From Octopus vulgaris (Eukaryota): a DNA stretch of 64,000 nt. The DNA is taken from NCBI GenBank assembly GCA_951406725.2, contig OX597828.1, forward strand, positions 63,178,001-63,242,000, given 5' to 3'. A program made the position numbers and the translations under genes. How positions within the stretch are numbered: position 1 is the stretch's first letter; each line of letters begins with the position of its first letter. Below the pieces are notes generated by a model. The model did no database searches and was not told the DNA's origin. It worked only from the letters and a program-made list of their open reading frames with translations. Shown piece after piece: positions 1-14,726 of the stretch.

Positions 1-437
1 TAACTCTTTATGTCCCTGAATGTAAATCCTGCCAAGATCAACTTTACCGTTCATCTTTCTGTCCCTCCTCTCAAAAATTTCTGGCCTTGTGCCTAAATTG
101 GAAATCATTTGTAGCATTACAACAGCCTTCTTTCTCTCTCTGCTAAACATGATTCTATGGGGATTTATGATGTACTGTGTTTTAGTTTTGACTTTAAGAG
201 TTTCAAGTGACACTGAGCTGAGCTTAGTTTTCATCTCTTTCAAACAAACTTGGTTGTCAGTTGTTGTTTAGCCCCAGGTCAACCTTGATTTGAGCAGACT
301 TATGATAGAAAAGAGGTTTCAGATATGACCACTCTGATATTTAGACTACAGTCTTCAGGACCTGTCAGATCCTGTAAAAGTGTCCAACCCATGCCAACAT
401 GGATCTTAAATAATAGCAGTAATAATAATAATAATAA

Positions 438-801
438 CTAGCACTATGACCTGGCAACGCCGGGTCATAGTGCTAGTGCATGCATATACAGCTGCATGCA
501 TGCGCACATACATGTGAATACTGTCCAAATCTCCGACCAATGACATACAGCTAGTTGGCATTCAATTGGCATATCAAGTTTCGGGCATTTTGATTGGGTT
601 TTGGATAGAAAATTCACAAAAAAGTCACTTCTATTGATTTTTTAATAGCTTTGTGGGGTGACTGGGGAAATGTAAAGATGTGCACGACCAACCTTGGACG
701 GTTTTGAATGATCATAGAAAGTGTGAGCCCTCTAACTGAAAAATTGTGGATTTGTATAAAGGACACACACGCAGACATTTTGCCGTTTATATACATAGAG
801 A
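438..801 (-). mobile_element. Non-autonomous Helitron-like element
   Basis: The minus strand reads A|TCTCTATGTATATAAA...CTAG|T: 5' TC, 3' CTAG, inserted in an AT dinucleotide with no TSD, and a GC-rich subterminal hairpin just before the CTAG. Confidence 0.7.
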
Positions 802-1949
802 TAATGATGAGGACTATATTATTTGATGTAGCTTTCCTTTTTTTTCTTTCTTTCTTTTAAATAGACAGGTATGATTTCAGTGAAGATTGACTGTGATTTC
901 TAGCTGGTTGGGTGACTATGTAGAGAGCCTTTCATTAGTTTGTAGTTATTTATGAAGGGTTAATTCAAATGATGATACTGCCTCTTTACAAAACTTGGCT
1001 TTTCACTTTGATAAAAAAGAAAAAGAAAAAAAAAATCAGTGTAACATTTCCAACTGAAAAGTCAACAGGTTTTTATATACTTTACCTGTACTCCTTCATA
1101 CTCTTTGATACTCCTTTTATTTGTTTTTGCTTCTTATTTATTCACTTTTGTTTTCCAATAAAACCACTTTCAAAGTCTTCTTCCACAACTGGTTAGATTT
1201 GCTGACATTTCAACTCAGAACTATAACCAACCTACCTTCCTTTCTACCTGCCTAACCAGCCATCAATGTACATATCATTCCTCCCTATCTATCTATGTAC
1301 CAATGTACCTCTCTACCTATCTAATTACTTCTTAGTCAATCAGGCCAGTACCTGCCCAGCCTTTCCTATAGTTTAGTTTACCTAATTAGTGGTGAAGGTT
1401 AAGTATGTGTTACATAAAGGCACATCCTGGCACAGCTCACCCAGAAGCACAAGTATGGAGAGCCAAGACCTGACACTCTCAGCAAGGAGTCATTGTTGCA
1501 TCAATGAAGTAAGCTGCTCTGTTTATCATATTTTCTGTTTTTAACGTTTACTCGGTCACTCTTGCTGCAGCTATGAAAACTGAAATTGTCGTTTTAGCAT
1601 TTCATGCAAATTTTCCTGACCAGTTTAATCATCTGCACAAAATCAATGATGAGACAGTTATCTGTTACACATACACACATCCTCACTTCCTGCTGTAGAG
1701 ACAGTTTATTGTTTTTACTCAATTTCAGGGATATTGAGCCAAAAATCTAAGTGATGTGATGTCAGCCAAGAAGCATTATTGATATTTCAGGGTGAAGTAA
1801 TAGAATAAAGCAATTTTCAAGTTGTAGACTAAAAGTTTTACACTAGAGGTTGGCTGAAATGTTTTAACTTGTTAAATATCTTTAAGTCTGTGATTTTTCT
1901 TTATCTTTTGTGTTTATAATAATAATAATAATAATAATGATGATGATAA

Positions 1950-2372
1950 TAATTTTAACATCCACTTTGCTATGCTTGCATGAGTCAGCATTTGAGGCAG
2001 ATTTTCTACAGCTGGTTGCCCTCCCTGTTGTTGACCCTTACCCGTTTCCGAGCAAGGTAACATTTCCCCATGGCCAGACATGCTTTAGCAGAATGTTGAA
2101 AGTGGTTAACATTCAGTTATAACGATCAAACAGCCAAGATAAGGAGATACAAACATACACACATTCTCTCTCTCTTTCTGTCTCTGTCTGTCTGTCTGTC
2201 TCCCTCTCTCCCTCTCTCTCACACAATGGACTACTTTCAATTTCTGTCTACCAGATTCACTCATAAGGCTTTGGCAAGCCCAAGGCTATAGTTGAAGACA
2301 CCCAAGGTGCTATAGAACCTGGAACCATGTGGTTGGAAAATAAACTTCTTAAGCACACAACTATACCTGAGC
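1950..2372 (-). mobile_element. tRNA-derived SINE with RTE-type 3' tail (diverged)
   Basis: Reverse complement of the head/core/tail layout seen at 24287-24670 and 38458-38846. Ends approximate. Confidence 0.6.
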
Positions 2373-2388
2373 TTATGTATATATATAT

Positions 2389-2425
<37 letters not shown>

Positions 2426-5400
2426 ATATATTGTCAAAATCATTTCCTAATGCCTGTCTGCATAACAACTCTTATCACTATCATCATCATCATGGATAGC
2501 ATTAATTAACTCTGTCGTTAGCATATTTCTGTTAATATACACTGCTTTTGGTTCAATTCATTTTGAAAATAATGAAGAATATAGTAAAATAGTTTTGCCA
2601 TTATTAGGCTGGTTCTTGGAACATTAACATTGATATGGTACAGTATGAATACACCAAAAATATGTTGGCTCTCATGGTTTGAAAAAAAACTTTAAAACCA
2701 TAATATTTTGTTATTAAAAACTAGTCTAAGAAGTCCTGGGGTAACTGAGTTAAGATTGTGTACCTAAATGACAGGTAGCTCTTTGTTGGTCAGTCTTAGA
2801 TTATGTCTAAATATGATAGTTTGCTTTCATCTAGTTTATCTAATGTGCCCCACCTTTAAAGACAGCAAGATGTGATTTAAAGGATGTTTTGGCTGCTATT
2901 ACTAGCAGGTTGAAGAACCATGTTAGAGGTTTTCTCTTCAGTTGTATCTGAAAGAAAGACAAAACAGGGATGTTTCAGCTAGAATGTTTTGATCCTGCAG
3001 GCCTGCTGCTAACCTGGGGTTAAACAACAACAACAATAATAAGAGTCAGAAGTCATGATCATTCATTCATCTGCTTCCAGGTGTTGTTAGCAACATATGT
3101 TGGCATTGTGAGGAGGCTAAGCATGTGTTAATTACTTATCTCTGGTAATGACTTTTATTAAATCTTGTTTGCATGGACACACACAGTTAATGTGGATAAT
3201 AATGAAATGACAATGAATATGATGATGATGATGTTGATAGCTGGGTGGATGGAGAAGTGGTGAAATGTTAACCTCCCCCCCCCCCACGTTCCCATAATAA
3301 ATATTAAAACCATTTGGTCACACATTCAACCATTTTCTTGTAATCCAGAGAAAAGAGTCGTTAATTACCAGCTGATCGTTTCAACTACCCTAGTTGGCAG
3401 TTTTCATATTTCTGTCATATCATCAATCAATGTGTGTGTGTGAGTGAGACTTGACATTTTTAGAAGAGATTTATGTGGGTATTAGGGTGTATGTGCACGT
3501 GGCTGTGTGTATGCTCGTGTGTTAGTTAATTTTGTGAAGGTCATGAAAATAATATTATCATTTATCATCTAAACATCTCAAACGATGTTATTTTTTAATT
3601 CTCTCTTTTCAAGTTGACATCAAGACCCACAAAGTTGAGAATGTTCTCTTTTTAATTTAACCCATTCATTGATTGTTGGTTGTTAAACTTTTTAATTCAA
3701 GTTTTTTTTAATTACATTTCTGTATAGCTACTTCTTAATACTTTATGCATACACCCTCAGATGTGTACATACATGTGTAGTTACAAGTAGTTTTATGCTT
3801 TTGTAATTACAAAATGTCCTGACCAATGTATAAATACATCAGCTCACACTTAAATCTCTTTAAAATAGTCTTGACATTTTTTTGCAAGTTTTTTCTTTCT
3901 ACTTTGTACTAAATATTAAATGGTTTTAATATTTACACATCATCATCATCATCACCACTGCATCTGTTTTTCCATTTTAGCATGTGTTAAATTAATCCCC
4001 TTTTAATATGGATCCACCCAAGACAGCCCCTTGTTCCTGGTTTTGAGTGATCTAAATTAAAAATTTCCTTTAAAATTCCATGTCAATTTATGTTCCAAAT
4101 ACCAGCTTTAATAATGATAGTTATTTTGTTAAATTCTTTGTTATTTTTAAAGTTAATTGAAACAAAATTAGTGTATTTCAACAGAAATATGGTGACGAAA
4201 GGGTTAAACCAGAGGCAGATTTTGTAGTCAGATGCTCTTCCTGTTGTCAATTTTACTAACCCTTATCTGCTTTCCAAATAAGGTATTTTCATTGCAGAAG
4301 CCCTTACTTGTCTCTCTCTCTCTCTCTCTCGCACACACACATGCACACACTGGCTTATGACCAAATTTGTTCGTAAGGCATTGCTTGGACTGGGTTGATA
4401 GTGGAAGAGGTGTCAGGTAGTGGAGACTGAATCTGAAACCATGTAGTTGTAAAGCAAGCTTCTTGACTCCATAACCCATGCCTGTGGTGTGTGTGTGTGT
4501 GTGGTATGGAAATGTCTTGTGCTTAAGGAAGTTGACCATTTGGTAGTACAAGTTCTTCGTACAGGATGAGTTTGATATAGAATAAGTTGTTATACATAGA
4601 TTGTGACATAGTGAGCTGTGATTGGCTCTTATGGGGAGGTGGACCGAAATGGCTGAAGCAGAACCTATTTCTGACCGGTAGACTGTCCTCCTCTGTATTT
4701 GGTTTCAGTAGATCTGGAATCTATCAGCTTAAAGCTAGATAAACTGATTGGTTAGTAGCTAGATTAAATTGATCTGGTTGATGTTTTTTCCACAAAAATA
4801 AATGAACTGTAAAAATGGAGATTGATGTATTTTGATTGGGATTATAATGAAATAATACCTGTGGTGAGTTTGAACTTGTGATCTATGAGTAGGTGGTTCA
4901 ATACCTTATCCATTTATCCACCAGTCTTCTCACTCTCTCTACCTCTCTTCTACATGTGCTTGTTGCCCCCCCCCCCCACACACACACATCAGGTGGTTAA
5001 TCTTGTAATGATGATTCAGTCTATTAGTAATGAGTGATTCTAGGACAGAATGGCTGAAGTGGTTTTTGTTTTTGTTTTTAACTTCTGAGGGCTTTGTGAA
5101 CTGATCTGAACCCATTCACCACAAGCTATTGAAACTCTTATATCAATTATATAACGAAGGAACTAACGTCAAATGGTATCCATTTACAGCTGGGTGGATT
5201 ACATCACTGTGTTAAGTGTCTTTCACTGTGAATTTAGCCGACCGCTCCTGGTGGGCTAAAAATAACTGACCAGTACACTAATGATTGAAAGATAAATAAC
5301 TCTGGGGTGGCACAACCCCAGTGAAACCTCAAGTATTTTTAAGGACTGCTGCTTTAAGTATCCATCAGGGCCAATTCTTGGTTTTGGTTTCATGCTTATT

Positions 5401-5850
5401 AAGCAAATAAACGATATCTTGTTATTATTCAGACAAAACACTAATCTAGTGCAGTTAACATTATTGGAATATTTTGTAAATTTTTTTGAACAGATTTGTA
5501 AACCGAGACATAAAATACTCTCCTGTCTTCTGACACACACTGAGAAACCCAAAGAAGATTTTTGCATTTTGGCTTCGTTTCTCAGTAGTCTTGTATCTTA
5601 TTTAATTGTAATTCTAACATTTCTTCTCACTTGTGTCATAATGCAGAACACACATGTACGTGTGTGTGCACACACACACACACACATTCAAGTATTTTTC
5701 TCGTGAAAGTTCCTTAGTAGAAAATAAAATAAAAATGAAATTGTATAACGGTAGGTACAGGGTTTTGCTAAATCGGGTTAAAGATCAAAAGTCAGATTGA
5801 ATTTCATGTTTATTTCTTAAGCCTCGAGATTGGTGTGGTACCAAACTTTT

Positions 5851-5897
5851 AGTAGTCATGGCTCCAGTAGTCATGGCTCCAGTAGTCATGGCTCCAG
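5851..5897. repeat. Perfect tandem repeat, 15-bp unit x3
   Basis: AGTAGTCATGGCTCC at 5851, 5866 and 5881. Confidence 0.95.
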
Positions 5898-6776
5898 AAG
5901 GAAATTTCTTTTCTCTTTTAATAAGTTAGTGAGAGATGAGAGAAATAGTATCCATAATCTTTGCCAATTCTGGTGAAATTGATGATTGATGTTCAGCCTG
6001 ACCACCTGTAGATTAGTGTTAGTAGGGGTGGGGCAAGTGGAGAGATCTGGAGATCAAATCCAGATGTTTACTATAATTGTTTTTTACCAATCTTTTCTAG
6101 ATCTAATTCCAGTATAAATTTAGATATTGGTGTACATTAGTTTGTTCCATTGGGTTTGGTAGTCTTGGTGGCACTCATTTTCTTCCCAGAGTATAGGTGC
6201 TCTTGGCCTTTGATAGGCTTTGTTTCTTAATTCTGTTGGGTGCTCACATGTCCTCCTCACTGGCTATCCCGGAAAATGGAGCAGTTCAGTCACCACCAAC
6301 CATGCTATCATGAGCAGGTGCTATTTGATTACATGGTTACCTGAGCAGGTTTTCATCAGTCTGTGGTAGAATTAGTTCTGACCTGGTAAGCAACTGTGTA
6401 AACTTGGGGAAAAGTTATCCAAGAACCAGTTTGTGGTGATGGTAGTATTAAACTGTTGTTATGCCCACCAATTTTACCGGGAAAAGTATGAAATATTACA
6501 AACACACAACATCACACTCTGTATAAAAATCTGATGCTTCATTTCTAGACTTGATGCAAAAGACAACACTAGACTTGATACTTTATGACTGATGTTTCCA
6601 GTTCAAATACAACCAGCATTTAGTGTTGGATAAATTCTAATTCGGTTGATGGATAATAGGAGTTGAGATATTGGTTGATTTGAGAAGGTACCAAGGGATT
6701 TGGTAAACATCACAAACTGTTTGCTGAAGAAATTCTTATTAAGATGGTGGTGGATCTAGTGTGTATGTCTTTTGTT

Positions 6777-6960
6777 TTTTACTTGTTTCAGTGTTTGGAC
6801 TGTGGCCATACTGGAGCACCACTTAGAAGAGTATTAGTTGAACAAATTGCTTCCAGTACTTTGTTTTTTTTTAAAGTCTTGTACTTGTTCTATTGGTTTC
6901 TTTTGCTGAACCACTAAGGTATGTTGATGTAAACAAACCAACACCTAAATACACAAAGGA
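6777..6960 (-). mobile_element. SINE 3' half with CR1-type tail
   Basis: TTTTACTTGTTTCAG...GACTGTGGCCATACTGGAGCACC matches the tail of the SINE at 54272-54641. Confidence 0.6.
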
Positions 6961-8321
6961 CACATTAGATAATTTAGTTTTAAAATGGTTCTTAAAAAGA
7001 CAGGATGTCATGATTGAAACACTTTTCATCGTAAGTCTGCTCAATCAGAATTGACTTGGGGTTGAATGACAGCATCAGCAACAACAACCATTCTTTGACT
7101 TTCAGATGATATTTTCACTGCTTTTACATTGGAGTTTGCCATGAAGATGGGTTTAAGTAAACTTGATCAGGTCAGGTCAGCCTTTTCATTCCTTGGAGAA
7201 ATATCAGCAGTGGAGCAATTTGACTCGGCACAATGTTTAAATTTAAGGAAGCAATTGAGCTTTTGATTATTTAGATGCTTATCAGGATCAGATGAAGTAG
7301 TTGGTGATTTAAGCAGTTAATCCCACCAGCTCTGCCTTGAAAATGACATCAAATAAGAATAATTCTTCTGAAATTCATAATGCCTTTTATGTTGCAGGAT
7401 TTATTTTGAAATATTTTTGTAGGGAATGTGGTTATGTCTGTTTAACACCTTTCGGTATTGCAGTGTTGAGTTCTTTTTGCAATCAAGTAGTTTCAGTTAT
7501 GGGATCACAACCATTTATCTTTTACCTTGTTCAACGAAGCCATATGAATGAGATTGGATTGCTGAAAACTGCACAAACCTGTTGAATAGACTGTACTTGT
7601 AGCAGATGTAATCTGTCTGTTTAGCCCCTTTACATAACTGTTACTAATTAAGGTGCAAGGGCAGCAGTTTTGAGGGGAGAGTGCCAGTCGATTGGCCTCA
7701 CTGCTCAACTGGCATTCTATTTTATCTACCCCAGGAGGATGAAAAGCAAAGTTTACTTGGGGAAGATTTGAACTCAGAATATAAATGTTGGAAGAAAAAC
7801 TGTAAAGAGATTTTTACCAATGCCCTAACAGTTCTGCCAACTCATCACCTTAACAGTAATAAATGAAATACCTTAATTGTGTTTTTTCACAACCTAACCT
7901 AACCAGCCAGCCAGCCAGCCAGCTTCTCTTAACACAAAATATGATACTTTAGTTTATTTCATTAGAAATCTGGTTACCAAAGCGATAAAGAAATGTTGTT
8001 TCGACTTGGAATTTTTTTTTCACTTTTTAGCTAATGAGAAAGGAAAGAAAAATAAAGCAAATTTCTTTGTAAATTTTTCCTGCTGGTGTGTCTAGGACTA
8101 CTTAACTAATTAAGTTGGCTATTTGCATTTGAATTGTTAAAAAGCTTTTTCTTTTTCAAATTTGTATGCACTTGCTCACAACATGGACGAAGGAGAACAG
8201 TGTCTTGTCTAGCGGGCAGAGTACAATGTTTATTATTTAGTTTTAAGCACTTTTAAATCTTGATTACAGTATTTGTATGAAACACGCGGTCGGTGACATT
8301 TGTTATATGTATATATATATA

Positions 8322-9612
8322 TATCATTGTCATCATCATTGTTTAATGTCTGTCTTCCATGCATGCATGCATAGGACGGTTGACAGAAGCTGGCAAGGTA
8401 GAAAAAGTACCCTAGGCTGCTGTGTTTGATTTGGCAGGGATTTTATGGCAGGATGCCCTTCCTAACACCAATGACCCAGTAGAGGGAACTGAGTGCTTTT
8501 TATGTGGCACTAGCACATGATTTTACAGCTGGATGCCCTTTCAAATGTCAACTAGATTACAGTGTGGACTGGATGCCTTTAACGTGTCACCAGCACTGGC
8601 AGGGTAACCAAGCAGCTCACAAGACAAGGAATTATGAGAGGTGGGGGGAACTTGAGTCAGAAGGTGAAAGGTTAGAGTGTGAGAAAGAGACAGTTGTCTT
8701 GCCACAACAGGAGTGGGGGGGGGGCGTTAGAGGAGGTGATCCAGTATCAAATGAGGAAAGGTTAAAGTGTAACAGAGAAATAGAGAGGCAGAAAGAGGTG
8801 ACTTGCTATAGAAGTAGTACATGGTTACCCAGAGAGAGAGAGAGAGAAACAGCAAAAGGTAAGAGAGAGCAGAAGAGAGATGGTGTAGTGCTAGGGTATA
8901 TTCACAAATAACACCAATATGAGCATTGAACCTGGTTAGCAAAATAAAAAGATGCAGTTAGAAGAGGAGTTGAAGTTTGAGATCTTAGGGTAGAGTGGGT
9001 GGAAAGTGTTTTGTTACATGTGGGTGGGACACAACTCTTTTGGCACTCAGTTTTGTGGACGGGTCTTCTCTAGAACCTGATATTGCCAAACATCTCAGTC
9101 TACTGTCATTTTCTCCGTGAGCTCCAACATCCTATGATCAGTCCTCACCACTTCATCCCATGTCTTCCTGGGTCTCCCTCTTCTGCATGTACCCTCCACT
9201 TCCAGTGACAGGCACTTTTGTATACAACTGTCTTTACTCATACGCATCACATGTCCAAACCAATGCAGTCTCCTCTCCTGCATACCACATTTAATCTCTC
9301 TTATGCCTAACTTTTCTCTCAACACAGTTGTGACCTGTCGGTCATGCACACTGATGTTGCAAATCCAATGGAGTGTACTACCTTCATTCCTCTCCAGTCT
9401 ACACATGTCCTCCACAGTCAGAGCCCATGTCTCACTACCATGTAACAGCCATTCTCACACAAGCATCATACCATCTACCTTTCACTCTGAGAGAGAATCC
9501 CTTTACTGCCAACAGAGGTAGTAGTAGTTCTCTGAACTTTCTCCACCCTATTCTTATTCTAGAAACAATACTTTCAGAGCACCCACCACCATTACTAATT
9601 TGATCTGACTAC
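8322..9612 (-). mobile_element. 5'-truncated RTE-clade LINE (older subfamily)
   Basis: ORF 9095-9415 contains RRLHWFGHVMRM...RRGRPRKTW, the RTE ORF2 C-terminus. The 3' UTR ends in the family terminus and (GAT)n near 8325-8345. Ends approximate. Confidence 0.8.
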
Positions 9613-9631
9613 TTTCACTAATTTTAGTAGA

Positions 9632-9675
<44 letters not shown>

Positions 9676-9706
9676 TCAGTCATTTGACTGCGGCCATGCT
9701 GGAGCA

Positions 9707-9754
<48 letters not shown>

Positions 9755-9758
<4 letters not shown>

Positions 9759-10160
9759 TCAATTGTTTTAACATCCAATTTTGTATGCTTGGATGATGGG
9801 TTGCTTGGTTGGCAGATTTTCTAGAGCTGAATGCCTTTCCTGTTGCCAACCCTCACTTGTTTCCAAGTGTGATAATATTTTCTCATGGCCAGTCATGTTC
9901 TCATCAAATATTGGAAGCTCATGACTCTGCTTGTATGACAGTGACACTCATTTACAACTATCATGTCACATGAAGGCAAGGAGACACAAATATACTCACA
10001 CTCTGTTCACATATTTACATATACACAATGGGCTTCTTTCTGTTTTTGTCTACCATATCAACCTGCAATGCTTTGGTCTATCCAGAACTATAGAAGAAAC
10101 TTGCTCAATGTGCCACAATCCTGGTTGCATCTACGAACAAACATCCATGTTTGCATGCAC
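9755..10160 (-). mobile_element. tRNA-derived SINE with RTE-type tail (diverged)
   Basis: Similar to the reverse complement of 24287-24670. Ends approximate. Confidence 0.55.
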
Positions 10161-10423
10161 AGAGGTGAGAAATAATGAAAAGTATGTGAGCAAGTGTGAC
10201 TAATGAAGAAGTGAGTGTGTGTGAGAGATTTTCTTCATTTAGTCTCTAGCTTAGAGTTGATTCTGTTTGAGTTCCAATTGGACATATTCATCAATAGTTC
10301 TGAACAGGTTTAATTGGAATTCTAACGTAATTAACTCTGTAAACTTGTCACCAAATAAAGAATATAACACACTTAACTTGAAGTATTGATGACTTTATTC
10401 TGCATATACAGTAAGCCCTGCTC

Positions 10424-10458
<35 letters not shown>

Positions 10459-10470
10459 AACAGAGTTTGC

Positions 10471-10502
<32 letters not shown>

Positions 10503-11107
10503 CACACACATATACACATACAGTAATCCTTTGACTATTGTGAGTGTTACGTTCTAAAAACTCCTGCAATAGGTGAAAATCCATGAAGTAGAAACAGTAC
10601 TGTATTGTATGTTTTTAAAAAAATTGTTTATAATTTGTATATATTTATTTTATTTTTATGTATTTAAGCTTTTATAAGAGTGGCCATTTCTTTTGTTTGT
10701 GCATATGAATGTCTATATGCTTGGCTATGTGGTTGAGAAGTGAAAGTCGTGTCCTAGCAACATGGTTTCAGGTCCTTTGGGCAAATACACGATACATTGG
10801 GTAGATGCCTTCTGTTATAGCCCTGGGCTGACCAAAGTCTTGTGAATGGATTTGGAGACTGACAGGAAGCTGGCTGTGTGTGTGTGTGCGTGTGTATACA
10901 TGTGGGTCCCTGTGCTTATTTACAGCAGCATTTCTCTGAAATTGCTCAGCTGTGGGTTGTTGGCTTTCTTGTCATTTATCCTGTTAATGGGTTACTTGCT
11001 AGCTTTGTGTCTTTGATGATTTGTGAAATGATATATCCCTTATTTAAGAAACAAGTAAGGATTAGCAATAGGAATAATATCCAGCTGTAAACCGTGTCTT
11101 AATAATA

Positions 11108-11560
11108 ATCATCATCATCATTGTTTAACATCCACTTTCCATGCTGGCATGGATTGGACGGTTTGACTGAGGGCTGGTGAGCCAGATGGCTGCACCAGGC
11201 TCCAATCTTGATCCGGCAGAGTTTCTACAGCCAGAAGGCTATACCAGGCTGCAATCAGATCTGACAAAGTCTCTACCGCTGGATGCCCTTCCTAATGCCA
11301 ACCACTCCAGTGGCATGAGGGCCAGTCAGGCGGTACTGGCATTGATCACACTTAAATGGTGCTTTTTATGTACCACCGATGGGAGCCAGTCAGGCGTCAC
11401 TGGCAATGACCACGCTTGAATGGTGCTTTTTATGTGCCACCAGCATGGGACCAGTCAGCTGGCACTGGCATCAACCATCCTTGAATGGTACTTTTTACAT
11501 GCCACCAGCACAGGAGCCATTTAGGCAGCACTGGCATGTGTGTCAGTCAGGCAGTACTGT
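11108..11560 (-). mobile_element. RTE LINE 3' UTR fragment with decayed tandem units
   Basis: (CAT)n, TTTAACATCC...CCATGCTGGCATGG...GGATGCCCTTCCTAA, followed by several GGTGCTTTTT-ATGTGCCACC units. Confidence 0.75.
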
Positions 11561-12401
11561 TTAACTAACCAATGCTAGCATGGGATAGTGGATAGAAAAA
11601 TGAACCAATGAAAAATCAAATATGTGTGTGTGTATAATGGAGAATGAACAAGCAAAACATGTGGTATCATTTTAGAACAGTGGTTCCCAAAGTGGGCGAT
11701 ATTGCTCCCCTGTGGGAAGTGGAAAGTTCCTAAGGGGTGTTGAAGAAAAGTGGGGTGATAATGGGGTAATGATTCATGTGAAAACAACAAAATAATGGGT
11801 TAATTAGGTTAAGTTTTATTTGTGAAATACAGTTGCTTTCAGTTTGCTGCAGAAAGAAGTCTCTGTTTGTTGGGCTGGGGTGGTAGGAATGTAGGCCGGG
11901 TATCAAGAGGTGGCAACCCCCAAAAGTAATTAATTTATAATTAAACATAGTGTAGAGTAGTTATAATAAAGTCTCTTACAGCTGTTTCTAGAATAGCTAA
12001 GCATGTGAATCGTATGTTATTGAGTAAAGATTTCCACATAAGCTATGCTGTCATCAAAGGGAGAGAAATAAAAAATATCCTGAATCAAGGATATTAGTAG
12101 TTACCAGATTGTTGAAGAACTAAGGAGTGTCCAAAGTAAAGGATAATAGTGATTGGTGGATTTATGATTGAAGAATTGAAGAAATTCTTAATAAAATCCT
12201 TTACTGTCATACAAGCGATGTTTGTTTTCAGTCTTCTGTGGAAAACATGCTTGGCCATGGGGAAAATTACTTTGCTTGAAAAGAAGTGACACAGGAAGGG
12301 TATTTGGTGATAAAAAAAAATCTGTCAGACCCAAGCAAGATGGAAAAATGGACATTAAATGATGATGATTATATAGATTTGTTTGTGTGTGTGGATGGAT
12401 G

Positions 12402-13606
12402 TATTGGGTCATCCAATGAATAATGCAGCTTTTTCAATTGCATGAACTAAAAGTCAGAGGGGAGTGGGATAAACTACCTGCATCAACTTGCTATTAAAGC
12501 AGGTAGTAATTTTACCTTGTTCTTATTCTTAGTGCTAGTTTTGAAGAGTGCAGTTTGATTTTAACAGTTATTTTTTCAAAACTCTAATGGAAGTGACATA
12601 GGAGCATATTCAGCATATTTTGCTTTATGAGTTCAATAAAGGGACAACACAACAGAAAGTGCGAGGAATATTAATGTAGTATATGAGGATTGGACAATAA
12701 GCATAAGTTAGTGTGTCAATGGTGGTTCCAGAAATTCCAAGCTGGAAACTACAGCCTAGAAGATGAGCCCTGTGCTGGAAGATCTATAAAGCTCAACAAG
12801 GATGTCCTGCAATCCCTGGTGGAACAAAATCCCATCGTAACTGTTGAAGAACTAGCAGAGAAACTTGGATTTGGTCATTCAACCATTCATTGACACCTAA
12901 ATGCCATCAGAAAAGTCAGCAAATTGGGTCAATGAGTTTCTCACAAACTTTCTGAGTCTAAGCATGCCCAGAGAGTGCTCTTCTTTGCTGTCATGTCTCA
13001 GGAATGAACCCTTTTTGGATTGAATAGTGACTGGTGACAAGAAATGGGTTCTCTATAAAAATGTCTAGGACCAAAGACAGTGGGTAGGAAAAGGAGAAAC
13101 ATTGGTGTCCCAGACTAAAGAAGGTCTTTACCCACATAAGGTGTTGTTATCTGTTTTGGTGGGATATGAAAGGGTTAGTTCACTTTGAACTTTTAAACCC
13201 AAACCAAACAATAACAAAGGAGATCTACTGTGAGCAGCTTGAGTGGCTTAAGTCAGCGCTAGAAGAAAAATGACCATCTTTGGTTTCAAGATGAAAGGTG
13301 TTCTTCCATCAGCATAGTGTTTGGCCACATACAGCAAGGATGACATTCCAAAGGCTGGAGTAGATCGAATGCCCCATCTGATTATCGTTTATTCTACAGT
13401 TTTCAAAATCATTGGATGGGAAGAATATGGATTGTGTAGATGAGATCAGAACAGTACTGGAGGAGTAGTTTTCATCATGGACAAGTGAGTTTTGGAAGAG
13501 GGGCCTTGCAAGTCTGCCAGATAGATGGAAGAGCATTGTAGAAAATGAAGGAGAGTATATTTCAGATTAATTTTGAAAAATATAAGAAGTATAAAAAAAT
13601 TGCATT
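12402..13606 (+). mobile_element. Mariner DNA transposon relic; transposase pseudogene ~12587-13570
   Basis: Starts TA-TTGGGTC. Broken reading frames give HILLYEFNKG, WFQKFQAGNYSLEDEP, IVTGDKKWVLY and LPDRWKSIVENEGEY. Multiple stops and frameshifts; right TIR only partial. Confidence 0.88.
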
Positions 13607-14726
13607 GAAATATTAGTTCAGTGGTTTTCTTTATTCACAACATTTGAATTAAAGATATTTAGACTTTATAAGCATCAGTTTGAGAAAAACAAAAGAAAAT
13701 AAAATAAAGACAAGACCAGCATTTGATCTCCTGATAAGACTTGAAGTCCAAGCTTTTACTTGTGGGTGGCCACTTTACTGAATGTTACTAACACATAATT
13801 CATAGTTTGTTATTGATAAAGAGAAAAAGAAAAACTATTACCATCTGTAAGAAAATAATTTAGTTTCTACTGTTAATATTTTTTCTTTCTTTCTTTATTT
13901 TTTATTAATTTGCTCCACATTTCACCAAATTTTCTCCCCTCTCAGTCTAAATGCAAAATTAGCCTAACCCTTCAGTTTTCAGATTACTGCCACTTGTGCA
14001 ATGCTTATTTATTCAAATTATTTTGAATTAATTATAGTTTATAATGCTTCAAGGTTTCGATGATGTGATTGTTTATTTTTCAGAATGATATAATAGAGTA
14101 TTTGTGAGAGGCCAAATGTGGCTGATTTAAATATATAAAAGTAGAACGTTAAGGCAGGAAACGGGCTAGTTTAAATGCTAAGGGGTTAACCACGGATTTA
14201 AGGAATTGGTTAAAGATTTGCCTTCAGTAAATTTTTGTCAGCTCAGGGTTTCAAACAGATGTGGCTGAATTGTTATAGTGATGGCTTATTGGCTTGTGAC
14301 TAAGTTTGTATCCCAACACTAACAGTGAACAGTGCCTCTGAAAATGTACTTAACTTGTTGTCTCTGTACTCTTTAGACAGTATATAAAAAGGAGGCCAGG
14401 CCAACTATGAAGCCTCTGTGGTTAACCTAACAGAAATAGCAACCAAATGTCCTTAAATTTCATTCAATTGTCTTAAAAGAAAGTGTTGAATAATGTGGTC
14501 CTGGATTCATTATACCGCAGAAAAAGACAGGATGGTCACAATTGGAACACCTTTGCTCATAAGTCTATTCAGGTATACCTGACTTGAGGCTAAACAGCTA
14601 TATGATGATAAGGTGTTTAGTTGTGCCCCATTGACCGACCAGGTTACATATGATAAACCCGGGGACAGAGGTGAACACCACAAGGCACATAATTAAGTCT
14701 GCAATATATTCATTTACTCTTTGTAA

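Noticed and set aside
11678-11790. hAT-like terminus CAGTGGTTCCCAAAGTGGG (similar near 16280)
   Set aside because: No matching opposite TIR or TSD found, so boundaries cannot be given.
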